A stretch of DNA of 64,000 nucleotides from Neocallimastix sp. 'constans' (GCA_050613775.1 JBODTK010000117.1:1-64000), one strand, 5' to 3'; counted from the stretch's first letter, positions 14,690 to 28,925 are shown. Translations and numbers: made by a program. The notes: generated by a model from the letters alone, not told the origin.

Positions 14690-14865
14690 TTATTTATTTA
14701 TTTATTTATTATTTATTATTTATTATTTATTATTTATTATTTATTATTTATTATTTATTATTTATTATTTATTATTTATTATTTATTATTTATTATTTAT
14801 TATTTATTATTTATTATTTATTATTTATTATTCAATTATTTAATTATTTAATTATTTATTATTCA
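14690..14865. repeat. (TTATTTA)n heptamer simple repeat
   Basis: Tandem TTATTTA units are directly visible. Confidence 0.8.
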
Positions 14866-16580
14866 ATTATAAAATAAAAATGTCAATTTTTATTTTAAAA
14901 TTAAGTATTTATACATATATGATTATATAATAAAATATACAATTAAATATATAATTATATATTATTAAATATTAATAATATTAAATATTAATAGATAATT
15001 ATATAAATAAAATAGAAGAAAGAAAAACATCTTATATGATTTAAAATTATAAAAAATTAAAATGATATTTTTTTATGATTATCTTGATTATTTTGATTAT
15101 TTGTCTTTTTTAATTTATTTATTTATTATTTATTTATTTAATAAATTAAATAGAAATAAAAAATTTAGAAGTTTAAATTTTAAAATTTCAATATATACAT
15201 AATATATTCTATTATACTGTTTAATAGATAAAATCTATTCAATTTAATTAAATAGATATGTTATCTTGAATGTCTCCAATCTAAAAGTGTAACAATTAGT
15301 AATAATAAATAATTGAATAATAAATAATAAATAGATAATAAATAATTAAATAATAAATAATAAATAATAAGAACGGAAATGAAAAAAAAATTTTTTTGAA
15401 TATGAACAATTTAAATAATAGTTATTACCTAATAAATAAAATGTATATAATTAATAAAAAAAAAAAAAGATGGTAAATAATAATAAATACCTACATATAA
15501 AAGGTTAAATCCATAGTTTATTTAGTAGTAACAAATACTATATAATAAATATATTATTTATTATTCTCATAATATAATAATGAAAAGGTATGACTTCAGC
15601 TACCTATATTTCTTATAGATTTAATCAAAATAAAAAAAATATTCTTTTATTATAAAATTTTTTTAATATTCTTAATAGTCCATCAAAACTCTAATTTATA
15701 TATAATTTATATATATAACCTATGATAAATATGAAAAAATTAAATAAATAAATATATATATAAATAATTTTAAATAAATGTATAAATAAATAAATAAATA
15801 GTTCAATGATTTTTTATTAATTGAATTATTGTCAAAATAAAAATTTAAAATAGAATATATTCTATACAATATACTACATTACATATTATAATATATTATA
15901 ATATATTATAATTTGAATATAATTAAATAGAAACATATAAACCAATAGACAAAATAAAGTTATTGTTAAGACTATTAATAATTAATAAATATAAATAATA
16001 GATAGATAGATATGTAAATAAATAAATAGCTATATAAATGTGAATAAATAAATAATTTAATTGTTAAATAAATCTTAGTAATTAGTGATATGATATATCT
16101 ATTTAACTATTAATTCATTATTGTACAAAAATCATCAAAGTAGACCGATTTATCTTTTTTGAACACTTTCCTTAACCCTAGTTTTAAAAGTGATTATAAA
16201 TAGAATATAATAAAGGAAAAAAAAATAAAAGAATAGAAGATAATAATTAATTTAACAAAAAAAAAAAAAAAAAAAAAAAAGAGAGAAATAGTAACAATTA
16301 TAAATAGATAAATAAATAGTTATTATAATTTATTATGTATCATTCAATTATTTACTATTCAATTATTTATTATTTATTATTATAATTTATTATTTATTAT
16401 TTATTATTAAATACTCTTAGTATTTGTTATTTATTTATATATTTATTTATTATAATGATTTTCTAATCTTATTTCTATTATATATATTATTTCTAATCTT
16501 ATGGTTTATACAATCCAATCACGATTTTTAAGTATAAAAGTATCAATGGATACCTATAATGATTCAAATATTCAAATTAA

Positions 16581-16725
16581 TAATAAATAATTGAATAATA
16601 AATAAATAAATGTATAAATAATAAATAATAAATAATTGAATAATAAATAAATAAATGTATAAATAATAAATAATAAATAATTGAATAATAAATAAATAAA
16701 TGTATAAATAATAAATAATAAATAA
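16581..16725. repeat. 45-bp minisatellite, 3 copies
   Basis: TTGAATAATAAATAAATAAATGTATAAAT... recurs at 16591, 16636 and 16681 (period 45). Confidence 0.85.
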
Positions 16726-19700
16726 ATAATTATAAAATAATTTATAGTTGTCTTATATATATATAATTATGATTATTATATAGAATTATATAGAATTATA
16801 TAGAATTATATAGAATTAAATATTATAATATATATAATATATAATTTTAAAATTTAAAAAAAAAAATTTTTTTAAAAAAATTAATTTAAAATTTTTAATT
16901 CATTTTCATTTTCATTATATATAAAAAAATATTATACATATTTAATTATTTATATATAAAGAATTTTAAATGATTATTATTATCTATCATACCATAGCCA
17001 TCCATTACAATAAAAATAAAAATAAAAATAAAAATAAAATAAAATAAAATAAATAGTAGAATGTTAAATATAAAATACAGATTGAATAAAATAAAATAAA
17101 ATAAAATAAAATAAAATAAAAAAAAAAACATGGTAATTGAACATAATAAAAAATAAAAAAGCAGAATTAAAATGTTATCCTTGTTTACTTATAAATTCAT
17201 TTTTCTACTTTTAGTTTTTAATTTCCTTAAATTTTATTTTTTTTTCTTTCTTTCATTCTCTTTTTTTTTTGGTTTTATTATATAGAAATAAAATTAAATA
17301 AAAAATAAAGTAAAAAAAAAAGTAGTTTCGTGATTAATATGAATAGAAATGAAATTATTAATGAATTCATGTAAATATATAATAATAAAAAAAATTCATT
17401 TTATTGATAATAATTTATTTATTCATTTAATTATTATCTTTTTCTTAATATACTTTATTATCATTTATTTATTTATTTTATTTATATGTAGTTACTGTTA
17501 AGATTGTCGTTTGGTAGAAATGATGATAAATATACTTAGTAAAGCATTTTTTTTTATGGAGTTGGAATACTTTAATATATATAATACTAATGCTAATATT
17601 AATACAATTAATACATTATAAATATCTTTTAAATAAATATATATATATATAAAATTAGAATTACAAATAAAATAATATAAAATAAAATAACAAATATAAA
17701 TATTTTAACAAACATTCAAAGAAAAGAAAAAAAAAAAAAAAAAAAAAAAAAGACAGTAAATTTTATTTCCTCAATTTAATTAAGAAAAGAATAAAAAAGA
17801 AGTTTTTTTTAATTTTATTATTTAAATTTTGATAAGAAATTAGAAATAAAATTAAAAAAAAAATTAATAACAATATATATACACTATGTAATATATATCT
17901 ATAGGACTTTTTTTTATTTATATATAGGTTCATTTAGTTAAAAACTTTTTAGGAATATCTATTATATATAAAATTTTTATATTACATATTACATATAACT
18001 ATATATATTTATGTTAATATCATTGTTTTGATAGTTTTCTATTTATTTATTTATTATTTTATATATATTATTTTATTTTTAATTAACGTTTTTATCAAAA
18101 TTTATTATTAACCAATGAAATTGATTGATTATATTTTTATAATTGTTTTTTCCTCTTATCTTTTTTTTTTAACTTTTTTTTTTTATTTTTAAAAGTATTA
18201 TTTTAAAAATCTTCAGATAAAAAAAAGGATGGTGAGTGGAAGGAATCTTACAATCTATTCAAAATATGTTAAATAATAATAATAAAATGTTTTTTTATAT
18301 ATATATAAATAAATTAAAAATTATTTTTTGCAATTTATTTAAATTTATTTTAATTTATTTATATATATTTTTATATAATTAAATATAATTTTTATGATTT
18401 TTTTTATATATTTATTTTATTAGTATTTAAAATTTAATTTAAAATTTACAAATTTATAATACTTAATAATAAAGTGTTAATAATAATTTTAATTTATAAT
18501 ATTTTTGATAGATCATATAAAATGACAGCTTTTTTTATTAATATATATATAAATATATTAATAGATCTAAAATTAATTTATAAAAAAAAAGATTTTTAAG
18601 GTTATCATTTCATTTAAATTTTTTTAACTTAACATTTTTTTATTATATTATAAACATATTATATAATATATATTTAATTGATTCAATAGATTGGTTCTGT
18701 ATATTATTTTTTTTTGGAACTGTTTTAACATTAATAAGATAGACTTAAATTCATAATTGTTTTATTGATTTATGACTTGAAATAATTTGGAAAAAAAAAA
18801 AAAAAGAAAATAAAAGGATATTCCATTTTAATAGGAATTAAAGTTTTTGACTAGTTTATTAAATTTTAATTATAAAAAATAATATAAATATTTATAATAT
18901 CATTTATATGATATTAATATTAAATGATTTATTAATTAATTAATAGATTTATATAATGATTTATATTAAAATATATAAATTATCTATAGTAAAAATACAG
19001 TAATATAATATATATAATAAACTATTACAGAATACAATTAATAAAAATAAATTAAAAAATATAAAAAAGGTTAATAGAAATAATCGATCATAAAAAAAAA
19101 ATATATATTTATTAAAATAAAAAAAATATAAATAAAAATAAGAATAAAAAAAAAAAAAAATAATAATAATTAAAATATTGAAAATAAAAAAATAAAAAAA
19201 TAAAAAATAAAAAATAAACCAAAAAAGTTTTATCAATTTTTTTATCTATCAATATATATGCTATGAATTTTATTTTTTTTATATAAATAGAAAAGAAATT
19301 GTCCTTTTTATTTTATTTTTTTTTTTTTTTTTAATGATTATCTTTTTTTTTTTATGATTTATTAATGTCGCTTTTTTATTTTTATTTTTATTTTATTTTT
19401 TTTTTTTTTTTTTTGTAAATAAAAGAGTGTAATAAAATTTTAAGAAAAAAATTTATATAGTGATTATTTTAACTTTTTTTTTTTTTCCTTTTCTTTGTCC
19501 AACAAATGAATGATAATTATTTAATATCTTATGAGAAAGGTAGGTAGGTAGGTAATTAAAAATTATTTTCATTATAAGAAATAGTATATATCTTTATTAA
19601 TATTAAAGAGGGTAAGTATTGATAATGTTATTAATTCCAAATATTATTTACAAATATTTTATCTATTAATTAAAAAAAGTTAGTTTTAAAGTTAAAGAAA

Positions 19701-22700
19701 AAAAAATTAATAACCTATTAAAAACAATTGAATATACTAATATATAATAAATTCATATTAAAGTACAAATAAATGATACAATACACACAATAAAATATTG
19801 AATAAATAAAAATAAAAATAAAAATAAAAAAAATAAAAATAAAATAAAAAAAAAAGAAATTTTTATAAAAATAATAACTTAAAAAAACATAAATATAAAA
19901 ATAATAAAATAATAAAATAAAGGTCATATTAATAATAAAGAAAAAAAAAATTGACAAAATAAAATAAAATAAAATAAAATTTCAAATTCATAAAAAAATA
20001 ATTGTAGTTTATTAAAAAAAAAAAAGCAAACTATGTAAATAAATAAAATAGGGTAAGTTTTCTTTTTTTCTTATTTTATTTTATTTTTTTTTTTATTTTT
20101 ACTTCTTCTTTTTAGATATTATTTTCTTTAAAAAAATTTTATTATTAAGTTCCTTTTGAAGGTAAAACAATATTTAATTAATAAGAAAGTACATAATTAA
20201 ATTTTTGTGCATATACATATATATATATCAAGTTTACAATAAATTTTTTATAGTTTATAAAATAAAATTGAAAAAATTTAAAATGCATTGATAAAGATAA
20301 AGAAATAATAATAATAATAATAAAAGATAAGTTTATTAATACAAAATGATAAAAAAAAAGTTTCAATAAATAAAAATTTAATCTGTTATCAGTTATCTAT
20401 TATTTAAAAATTAATTATTTAATTTATTTAATTATTGATATTCGTGTTAACTCATTATTATAATTATAATTATATGATTTATCCATTAAAAAAAAAATTA
20501 TTAAATTAAAATTATCGTTATCAAAAACTTTAAATATTTTAACTTAATTTAATTTATAAAATTAATATATTTAGTTTTAATTTTAATTTTATTTATTTTT
20601 AATTTTAAAATTTTTTTTAATATATTAAATTTCAACCTAATTTTTTTATTCTAAAAATATATTAGTATATATTATATATTAATATAACAAATAATTATAT
20701 TCATTAATAAATAATACATTATGTAATACGTATTTAATACGTACAATATTATAAGATAAGTAATTAGTTGGATAAAAGAAAATTAAAAATTTTTTAGTAT
20801 TTTTATTTTAAACATAGAAATTATTTCTTATTAAATAAAAATTAATAATAATTAATAATCAATACTAATAATTAAAATAATAATTAATAATAACTAATAA
20901 TACTAATAATAATTAATAATTATAAATATAATTAATAAATATAATTAATAATTATTTAATAATACTAATAATTAATAACAATAATATATTATCTATATTC
21001 ATAACATATAATAATTAAAACGATAATTTTTTTAATCAATACATAAAAATATTGATAACTTTAAAATATTTCTAATCAAAAGAAAAAAAAATTTTTTTTG
21101 ATTAGAAAAAACAATCAAAATAATCAAAAATAATTAAATAAATGAAATAAATAAATAATTAAAAATAAATAAATAAAATTAATAAATAAATATTTTATTC
21201 AATAATCATCATCAATAATCAATTTCTCATATTTCATATAAAGTTTAAATTATTTATTTAAAATCAAAATTCATTTATTAGATTATTCTTCTTCAAAAAA
21301 ATAAAACTTTAAAAAATTAAAAATAAAATAAAATAAAAATAAATAAAATAAAATATACTTTTATAGATATAAAATAAATAAATAAAGATAAGAGATAATC
21401 AATAATTCTTTTTAATTTATTATTATTATTAATATTATTAATTTTTTATATATTATAAACCATTTATATATTAAAATTGTTATTCAAAAAAAAATTTTTT
21501 TTTTTTAATTTATTATTATTATTTTTTTTTTTTTGATACTATTAAAAAAAAAAAAAAAAAAAATTAAAAATATATACATATATCTTCGTAATTATTAGTA
21601 AAAATTATGTAATTATAAAATTTATCAATATTTAAATTTAATTATTGATAATAAATAATAATATATATAATAATAAATAATAATATATATAATAATAAAT
21701 AATAATATATATAGAATAAAATAAATTTTTTATTTTATAAATATATATATAAAGAAAAGAAAAGAAAAAAAAATAATTAAAAAAAGTTTTTTTTCATATG
21801 TAGAAATAAAGAAAATAAAGAAATATTTAACCTTTATATCAACCATGAATAATAATAATAAAAATAAAAATAATAATAGAAAAACAAAGTGAATACTTTC
21901 AGTGAACAATTTCAACAAAATATTAAAACTAAAGTAAAGAAAAGTAATAATAAAGAAAAAAAAAGTTTATCAACTATGAAAGTAGGAAAATAATTTTAAA
22001 CTTTAAATATATAACACTAAATATATATATGTTTATATATAAAATCAAATCAAGTTATAAATAAATAAATAATAATGAAATGTTTGGAAATAGATATATT
22101 ATTTTAAAATATTATATATTATATTTTCTTCTTCTTATCTTAAAACCATATAATATTAATATAGTAAATTTTTTTCTTATTCTTTAAACAAGAAATTTGG
22201 AATAATAATTTATAATCTAGTATTCAACAATAACAAAACAGAAAAAAAAATTTTTTTTGATGAAAATATTAAATATGCATTTTACAATTTTAATAATAAT
22301 AATAAAATAATAATAATTTTAATAAAAATTTTTAATAATTGCTATAATTGCCAATAACCATTAATAAGAAATAACTTTTTTATTGTATTTTAAAAGTTAA
22401 TTAGTTTAGATTTCAAGCAAACAAACAAACAAACAAAAAAAAAGAAGAAATCTAATATTTTAATTTTATTTAAATTATAATTTCAAAATAAATAAATAAT
22501 CAATTTTTTTTATTTTAAAAATAAATATATAATTTATAATTGTTTTTATAAAGATTAATTTTAAAAGTGGCATGATTTTAATAATTAAAATATTAAATAA
22601 AAAAAAATAATAGTAATATAAATCTTTAGTTATTAAATAATTAAATAAAGGTATGTTGTACATTTATTTTATTACATCATGTAAATAAAATTTATTTATT

Positions 22701-23105
22701 TATATTTATATTTATATTTATTGATTCATTTTAATATATGAATTGGAGATATTATTTAATAATAAAAAAATAAAATTTAAAAATATAAATATTTATTTAT
22801 TAAATAATAATAATAATAATATATTTTATAGTTTTATATAAAATATAGTTATTAAAATTAATAAATGGAATAATCTATTTATTTAATATATTAAAAATAT
22901 ATTAATATATTTCAATAAAGTTAAGTATAATCTATTATAAAATTATTTTAAATTATATTTAAAATATAGAATTTATTATTATTAATAATGAATCATTAAT
23001 TAGGAGTAAATTGAAAAAATATATATATATTTATTAATAAAAAATTAAAAAAATATTAATTCTATAAAAAATAACATGATTATTTTTGTTATAAACAAAG
23101 TATAA

Positions 23106-23174
23106 CTTTAAAAAACAAGTGTTTATTATTTCTTTAACATTTTTTATGAAATAATAAACTCTTGTTTTTTAAAG
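23106..23174. repeat. 27-bp inverted repeat (1 mismatch), 15-nt loop
   Basis: CTTTAAAAAACAAGTGTTTATTATTTC (23106-23132) pairs with GAAATAATAAACTCTTGTTTTTTAAAG (23148-23174). Confidence 0.85.
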
Positions 23175-23744
23175 AATTAATTAATAAAAAAAATAATAAA
23201 ATTCTAACCTCCAAAATACTGTAATAATAATAAATTTTAAAGATACAATTAAAAAATAATATATACATAACCTAACCTTTGTCATGGGTAGTTTCTTATC
23301 AAAAATTTTTTATTTGTGAATGATATAATTAAATAAATAAAATATATTAATCTATAAATATACAAATTATAATTAAATATATATATTAATATATAAATTT
23401 ATATAAACTTTAAATCAATATTTATATATTTTATATAATACATTACAATATATATAAATATGAAGATATAATCAAAAAAAATTTTTTTATTTTATTTTTA
23501 ATTTTTTTTTAATTAATTTATATATATATATATTTTTTTTTTATTAATTATTTATAATCAATAATTTGAATAAAAATTAAATATAATAGATTTAATATAT
23601 AACATAATAACGATAACGAAATTCAATTATAAAATAAAATAAACAATAAACTGAACATATATAAATAATATATTTTATAAAAAAAATAATTATTTTTTAT
23701 AATAAAAGGAAATTTAATTTGATATTTAATTTTTAAAAGCTAAA

Positions 23745-23775
<31 letters not shown>

Positions 23776-24072
23776 AAAAATATAGAAAATTAAAAATAAA
23801 ATATAAGTAAAATAACTGAAAAAAAATTAAACTGAAAGCAATTAAAAAAAATATCTTTATTGAAATTAAAAAGAAACATAAAAAAGAAATTATAAAATTA
23901 CATATAAATAATTTAATATATATATATATAAAATTTTAAATAGAAGTAATATTATTACATAAATAATAGTAAAAAAGAACAAAAAATAATACAAATGTTT
24001 AGTAAGTAAATATTATTAAAAAAAAAAAAGGTAAGTAAAAAAATGTAATTCATACTATTAAAACTATTAAAA

Positions 24073-24104
<32 letters not shown>

Positions 24105-24275
24105 CTATTCAATTTAAATAAAATTTTGATAAATGTTATTAAAAAAAAATAAATGATAATAGTAATATAATAATATTAAAATTCTAATTTTTTTTTTTTT
24201 TTTTTTTTGAATTTAAATTTAAAATTGAAATAAATCCATGTTATTGTATATATATATTTATTTATATATTAAGAT

Positions 24276-24333
<58 letters not shown>

Positions 24334-24510
24334 ATTACTGATGTAGATGATAAAAAAAAAAATTTTGAACATATTAAACTTATAATATTAATTTAATAAT
24401 TAAATATTCATAATAATAATAATAATAATAATATTGATAAAAATTGTAGATAAATTATTTATAATCTTTTTATTTTTATTTTTTTTTTTTTTGTACAATT
24501 AACATTCCAT

Positions 24511-24780
24511 TGTTATTTAACACTTAAAATCAGAAATGATATTTATATTTTATTATGTGTTTGTTTATTTATTTTATTGCTTTTACTTTAAGAAAGATCT
24601 TCTAAATTTAAGAATATTTCATTACACGTTATTTATAATTATTTTCTATAGTAGTCTAACATTATTGATAATATTTAACTTTACACTGCATTATATTATT
24701 GAATAATAATATGTTACACTTAATAATAATACTGTTTAATTGAATAGTGTAATTAAAACACATAACTATGATATATAACA
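24511..24780 (-). repeat. 3' LTR (~270 bp) of the copia remnant
   Basis: Bounded by inverted termini TGTTAT...ATAACA and directly adjacent to the PPT (24781-24789). One end resembles 26887-26920 (TGTTA..CACTTAAAA). Confidence 0.65.
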
Positions 24781-25020
24781 TTCCCTTCTACATAGGCAAT
24801 TTCTTCATTTCCACGATGAAATCGGCAAAGTATTAAAGCTTCAATTCAGAAATATTTTTAGTTTAATGGATCTGCCATCATTGAATTAGAACCAATGAGT
24901 ATTAATTTAATTTCATTATTTTATAATTTCATTTTGAACATATTTGTATTTTATGCCCATACATCTTTTGTCTATTGGATATTTGAATGCTCCTCCTTTT
25001 CTTAAAGTCAATGTAAATCT

Positions 25021-25250
25021 TAAAAAAGTTCATAGGGGTCTACTGTTCCATATATTGTGGGACTAATATCTTGCAAATACAATACCAATCATCAGTAGCT
25101 CTCTTGAGTTACTTTTTGAGAGGTTTAGCAAAAACACTTTCATTACCAAGAGTGCTGACGTCGTACCGATTATGGCAAAGGAATAGTGCAGTTGGTAGTC
25201 CTGTTAATTCTCCTCAATACACATGTACTAACAGTCAGAACCTATAGTAA
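25021..25250 (+). mobile_element. LINE 3'-region fragment nested antisense within the copia RNase H
   Basis: Translates as STVPYIVGL..ANTIPIISSSLELLFERFSKNTFITKSADVV. This aligns with SPVPKIVGLAEFLTSAIPIISSSFELLFDRYCKIPNLSKRVDVV of the LINE at 43450-43590. Confidence 0.85.
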
Positions 25251-27240
25251 GTAATTCAATTTTTGATGATCTTCATATCCATATAGCTTGTTTGGTACAT
25301 TCTATAAAGCTTGGGTATTCGGCTTCTATCTGTGATTGATAAGGTTATATTTTTTTACTGAGAGTCATTGATTTCCATGATATTGGACTATTTCCTAATA
25401 TAAAAATCTATCCTGATGTGGATCTTCTTTTAATCTCATCACCATCACCAGCGAAATCTGTATCATAATAAGCTCTTAAAATTTTCTTCTCCGATATAAT
25501 GAATTAAATCGTCCTTTATTACTTTTTTAAGGTATTTTAATATTTGAATACCTCCATTCAATTCAGCCTTTTGTTGGATTCTCAGTAAATCTTGCAGCTT
25601 GATTTTACTGTAAAAGCTATATATATCTGGTCTTTGTTTTTTGTTGATATATATAATAGAGAATCCAATTAATCTTTTTTATAATCAGCTTTTGTTAATT
25701 TTTTTTTTTCTCAGAATTTTCTCTCTCTTCTAATTTTGCATGAATTCTATGATGTTCTAGTTATTTTAGTATTGTTTATATTATACTTTGCATTTTTTTT
25801 TTTTTTTTTTCAATATAATCCTTTTTATTTAATTTTGTTACCTTTATTTGTTTTAATTATATTAATTCCCGATGAATTTTGTTTGCCATTTTATCTGTGT
25901 TGAAATTATATGGAAGTTTCCCATTTCGGACTCTGTTAATTTGATTCTTCATGTTGATATACTTCTTCCTTGATTTCTACTCTTTTAATACTTCCTTTTA
26001 TTTTTAATACTTCCTTTTTCTTGATTATGGTACTTGGTTTTTGTTATGTCTTCTTTTAAGTCTTTAATCTTTAAAAGTCTTTTCAACCTATAGAAATGTG
26101 AATGAATATGCAATACCGACTTTTAATTAATTCATCTAAAGAATATAAAACTTTTGTTTCTTCCTTTACTTAGTTCTGGTTTATTTTTTTTTTTTTTTTT
26201 TTTAATTTTGCCTCGTTATTGTATTCTGTAAATAATGAGTTAAGATTATCTAAATACAAGCTTAAAGTCATCATTTTCAATTTTCCAATTTATTTACTTT
26301 CATTTCAATTTCAAATAGTCTGAATGGACATGTTTCTGAAAATCTTTCTTTTAATTCATGTATCATTAAGTATACACTTGTGAATTTACTTAATAGACTT
26401 TTTTGAATATTAGTTGAGGCTGCTCAATATTATAATCCTGTACTATCATATTTTAAATTTTTTTTTTTTTTTTTTTTAATTTTAATTGATGTTTATATTT
26501 TTAATATTCTTTGATATATATAATCTTCTAATTCTTCAGAATCAATGAATAATTTTAAGTCTGAATAGCCATTTGTGAAAATTTTCATTTGTTAATTATA
26601 AAGTTTTGAACATTGAAATTTATTAATTGTATTTATTTGAATATTTGGGAGGTTCTACTTCAACAGGAGCATCATTTATTGTTGGGCTTGATGTATTTGT
26701 AGTCTTTACTGTCTTTGATGAAGTTTTTGAAGATCTTCCCATAGTTGTTGAATTTTCTGATTTAGTTATTTTAATGTGACTGTTAATCTTTCTTTATTTT
26801 TAATTTTTATTGAGTGGTTAATATTTAATATATTGAATTTATATATTAACAATTAATGAATTATTGAGTCATGGAGACATTTAATCTGTTAAATATAGCA
26901 CTTAAAAAAACAAGATACTTTCAAAAAAAAAAAAAAAAAAAAAAAACGATTTTAATAAAAGGTATCATTTAATTTTAATTATAAAATATTTCCAAATATA
27001 ATGTAAAATCTTCTTTCTTTACATTTTTTTGTATTATTATTATTATTATTATTATTATAGTTATTATTGTTATTGAATTTGTAGTGATAATAATAATAAT
27101 AATAATAATAATAATTATTATTATTATTATTACAAATTTAAAATATCCTGTTCTACTCTACTTTTTTTATTATAACATATATATATATGGATATAAGTTT
27201 TTTTTTTTTTTATAATATATATATATGTTTTAATTTTTTT

Positions 27241-27835
27241 TGAAGTAATGTGAAATCACTGTTATCACAGATATGAATAATATAGAATCAAGTACTGATT
27301 CTGATAGTAGTAGCAAAGAATATAATATTAATAAAAATAACAATAGGAATAGTGCTGTTAATCATAGTAATAGTATTGATAGTGAAAATAGGAATATTAA
27401 TATTAGTGATAGTGAAAATAATAGTATCACTAATAATAATGTAGGGAATAAGATCAAATTGATAATAATCGTGTTAATAATTAGAAATTTTCTGGATAAA
27501 GAGTGTTTAAATAGATATGTGACGTGGTACCGATGATAAAAACCTCCTTCCATGGTGGATGTGATGCACACACATCATTATTGAAAGAAATGGGATGTTT
27601 TTTGTTGGTTAATAACCAAACCATTTCTGGTTTCTAGTGATTATTCTAAAAAACGCCATTCTTGGTGTGTTCTACGGATCTCTTTTACAGAAATTGTTAG
27701 GGCTAGTATTTGACAAGGATTGCTATTATTATGTCGGTGATATTAGCGCAAACTAACAAGGTGATTCAAATGCTAAAAAAAAATACAGTTAGGACAGGCT
27801 GGAGAGGCCTATGCCTCTGAAGGAGAAGACCATAA
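27241..27835 (+). mobile_element. Probable degenerate 3' end of a divergent LINE (Asn/Ser-rich linker plus C-terminal helix)
   Basis: GC-richer, stop-interrupted coding-like sequence. KTPFLVCSTDL..TEIV weakly resembles VPKIVGLAEFLTSAI of the 43-kb LINE. A T-rich tract follows. Confidence 0.4.
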
Positions 27836-27949
27836 ATTATTATTTTTATTATTTTTAATTTTTTTATTTATTTATTTTTTTTTTTTTTTTCAGATTGTCA
27901 ATTTAAAAACCTAATCGGGAATAAGAATTTTCCTTTAAACCTGTAATCT

Positions 27950-28375
27950 TATAATTTGGAGGTGAGGTTCGTTATAGATGAGAACAGAGATATTTTAAGT
28001 AAACTATTCTTAAACAGTTCACAGGGGTCTACAGTTCCTGTATATTGAAGGACTTCCGCATTATCATGCTAAAACAATACCTATCATTAATAGCTCTCTT
28101 GAGTTACTTTTTTTTTTTTTGATCGATTAAGTATGAAATTTTTTAGTACCAAGAGTGACCATTGTCGTACGGATATGACTTAGGAACAATAATTATTAGT
28201 AATCCTATTATAATATAATATATTTCAAACAATAATATTAACAGTCTATTTCCTCTTACGGGAATCTATATAAAGAGCAATTGTCTTAATGTGAATTTTT
28301 CTGTATTTTCAAGGGATGGCTTAGTGGACATCACTACGATCTATATTATGTACACTGGATACTTTTATGTCCCTA
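27950..28375 (+). mobile_element. LINE 3'-end fragment, same family as the 25.0-kb and 43.4-kb copies
   Basis: Shared nucleotide blocks: GAACAGAGA, CAATACCTATCAT and TTAGTGGACA(T/C)CAC with 43410-43700; GGGGTCTAC, TAGCTCTCTTGAGTTACTTTT and TACCAAGAGTG with 25030-25170. Confidence 0.8.
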
Positions 28376-28541
28376 AATATTAAATTTAAATTTGAAGAAG
28401 AATTATAGGTAACAATTCAATTTTTTTTAATGAAATTTTTATTAATTTTTCTCTAATTTGTTCATAAAAAATAATTTGAACCTTCCTGATAATAAAGAGA
28501 AAAGATTTTAATGAATAATATTTAAATAATAATATTTTTTA

Positions 28542-28570
<29 letters not shown>

Positions 28571-28572
<2 letters not shown>

Positions 28573-28925
28573 TGCTGTGACTCCTTCCTGGAGAAAATAT
28601 ATATATATGAAATTTTTTAAAGATCAGTTAAAGTGGGAAGGGGAAAATTTTTTTTTTTCTTTACATTTAATGGTATATTCCTGACCTTAACTAGGATGGA
28701 ACTTATATATGAGTCTAAGTACAGTTAACAGTTTAGTATAGTTCCATTTGATGTAGGAGGGAAGGTGTATCGTTGACTAAACCTAAAGATTATACAAAGA
28801 GCAAGGTGATTCATGAACAAAAGACACCTACTTGAACACTCCTTTAAAGTGTCAAGTCATGTTATATTAGCCCTGCTTAGGGATTAGATACAATTTAATA
28901 CAACATATAATACAACATATAATAA
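28571..28925 (+). mobile_element. Unclassified repeat fragment, possibly another non-LTR retroelement 3' end
   Basis: GC-richer island with a stem-loop at 28830-28857 and a tandem TACAACATATAA x2 tail. It shares the 12-mer CAAGGTGATTCA with 27757-27768. Confidence 0.35.

Larger units (their letters stand above)
24511..26922 (-). mobile_element. Degenerate, internally deleted Ty1/copia LTR retrotransposon (gag remnant, RT C-terminus/RNase H remnant, PPT, 3' LTR)
   Basis: Minus-strand translation, broken by stops and frameshifts, gives copia RT/RNase H motifs: SLLYIST..RPD, RAYYDTDFAGDGDEIKRRSTSG*IFILGNSPISWKS, EAEY and IKYKYVQ...SNSMMADPL. A gag-like start MGRSSKT lies at 26742, followed by LTNENFTNGYSDLKLFIDSEELEDYI. 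A polypurine tract AGAAGGGAA abuts the TG of the 3' LTR. A short LTR-similar stub begins at 26887. Confidence 0.8.

Noticed and set aside
21069..21108. 13-bp inverted repeat TTTCTAATCAAAA/TTTTGATTAGAAA
   Set aside because: It is short and largely A/T runs, so plausible by chance at this composition.
27795..27832. Hairpin AGAGGC-CTAT-GCCTCT followed by CTGAAGGAGAAGAC as a hammerhead ribozyme
   Set aside because: The core does not match CUGANGA...GAAA and the other stems cannot be built.
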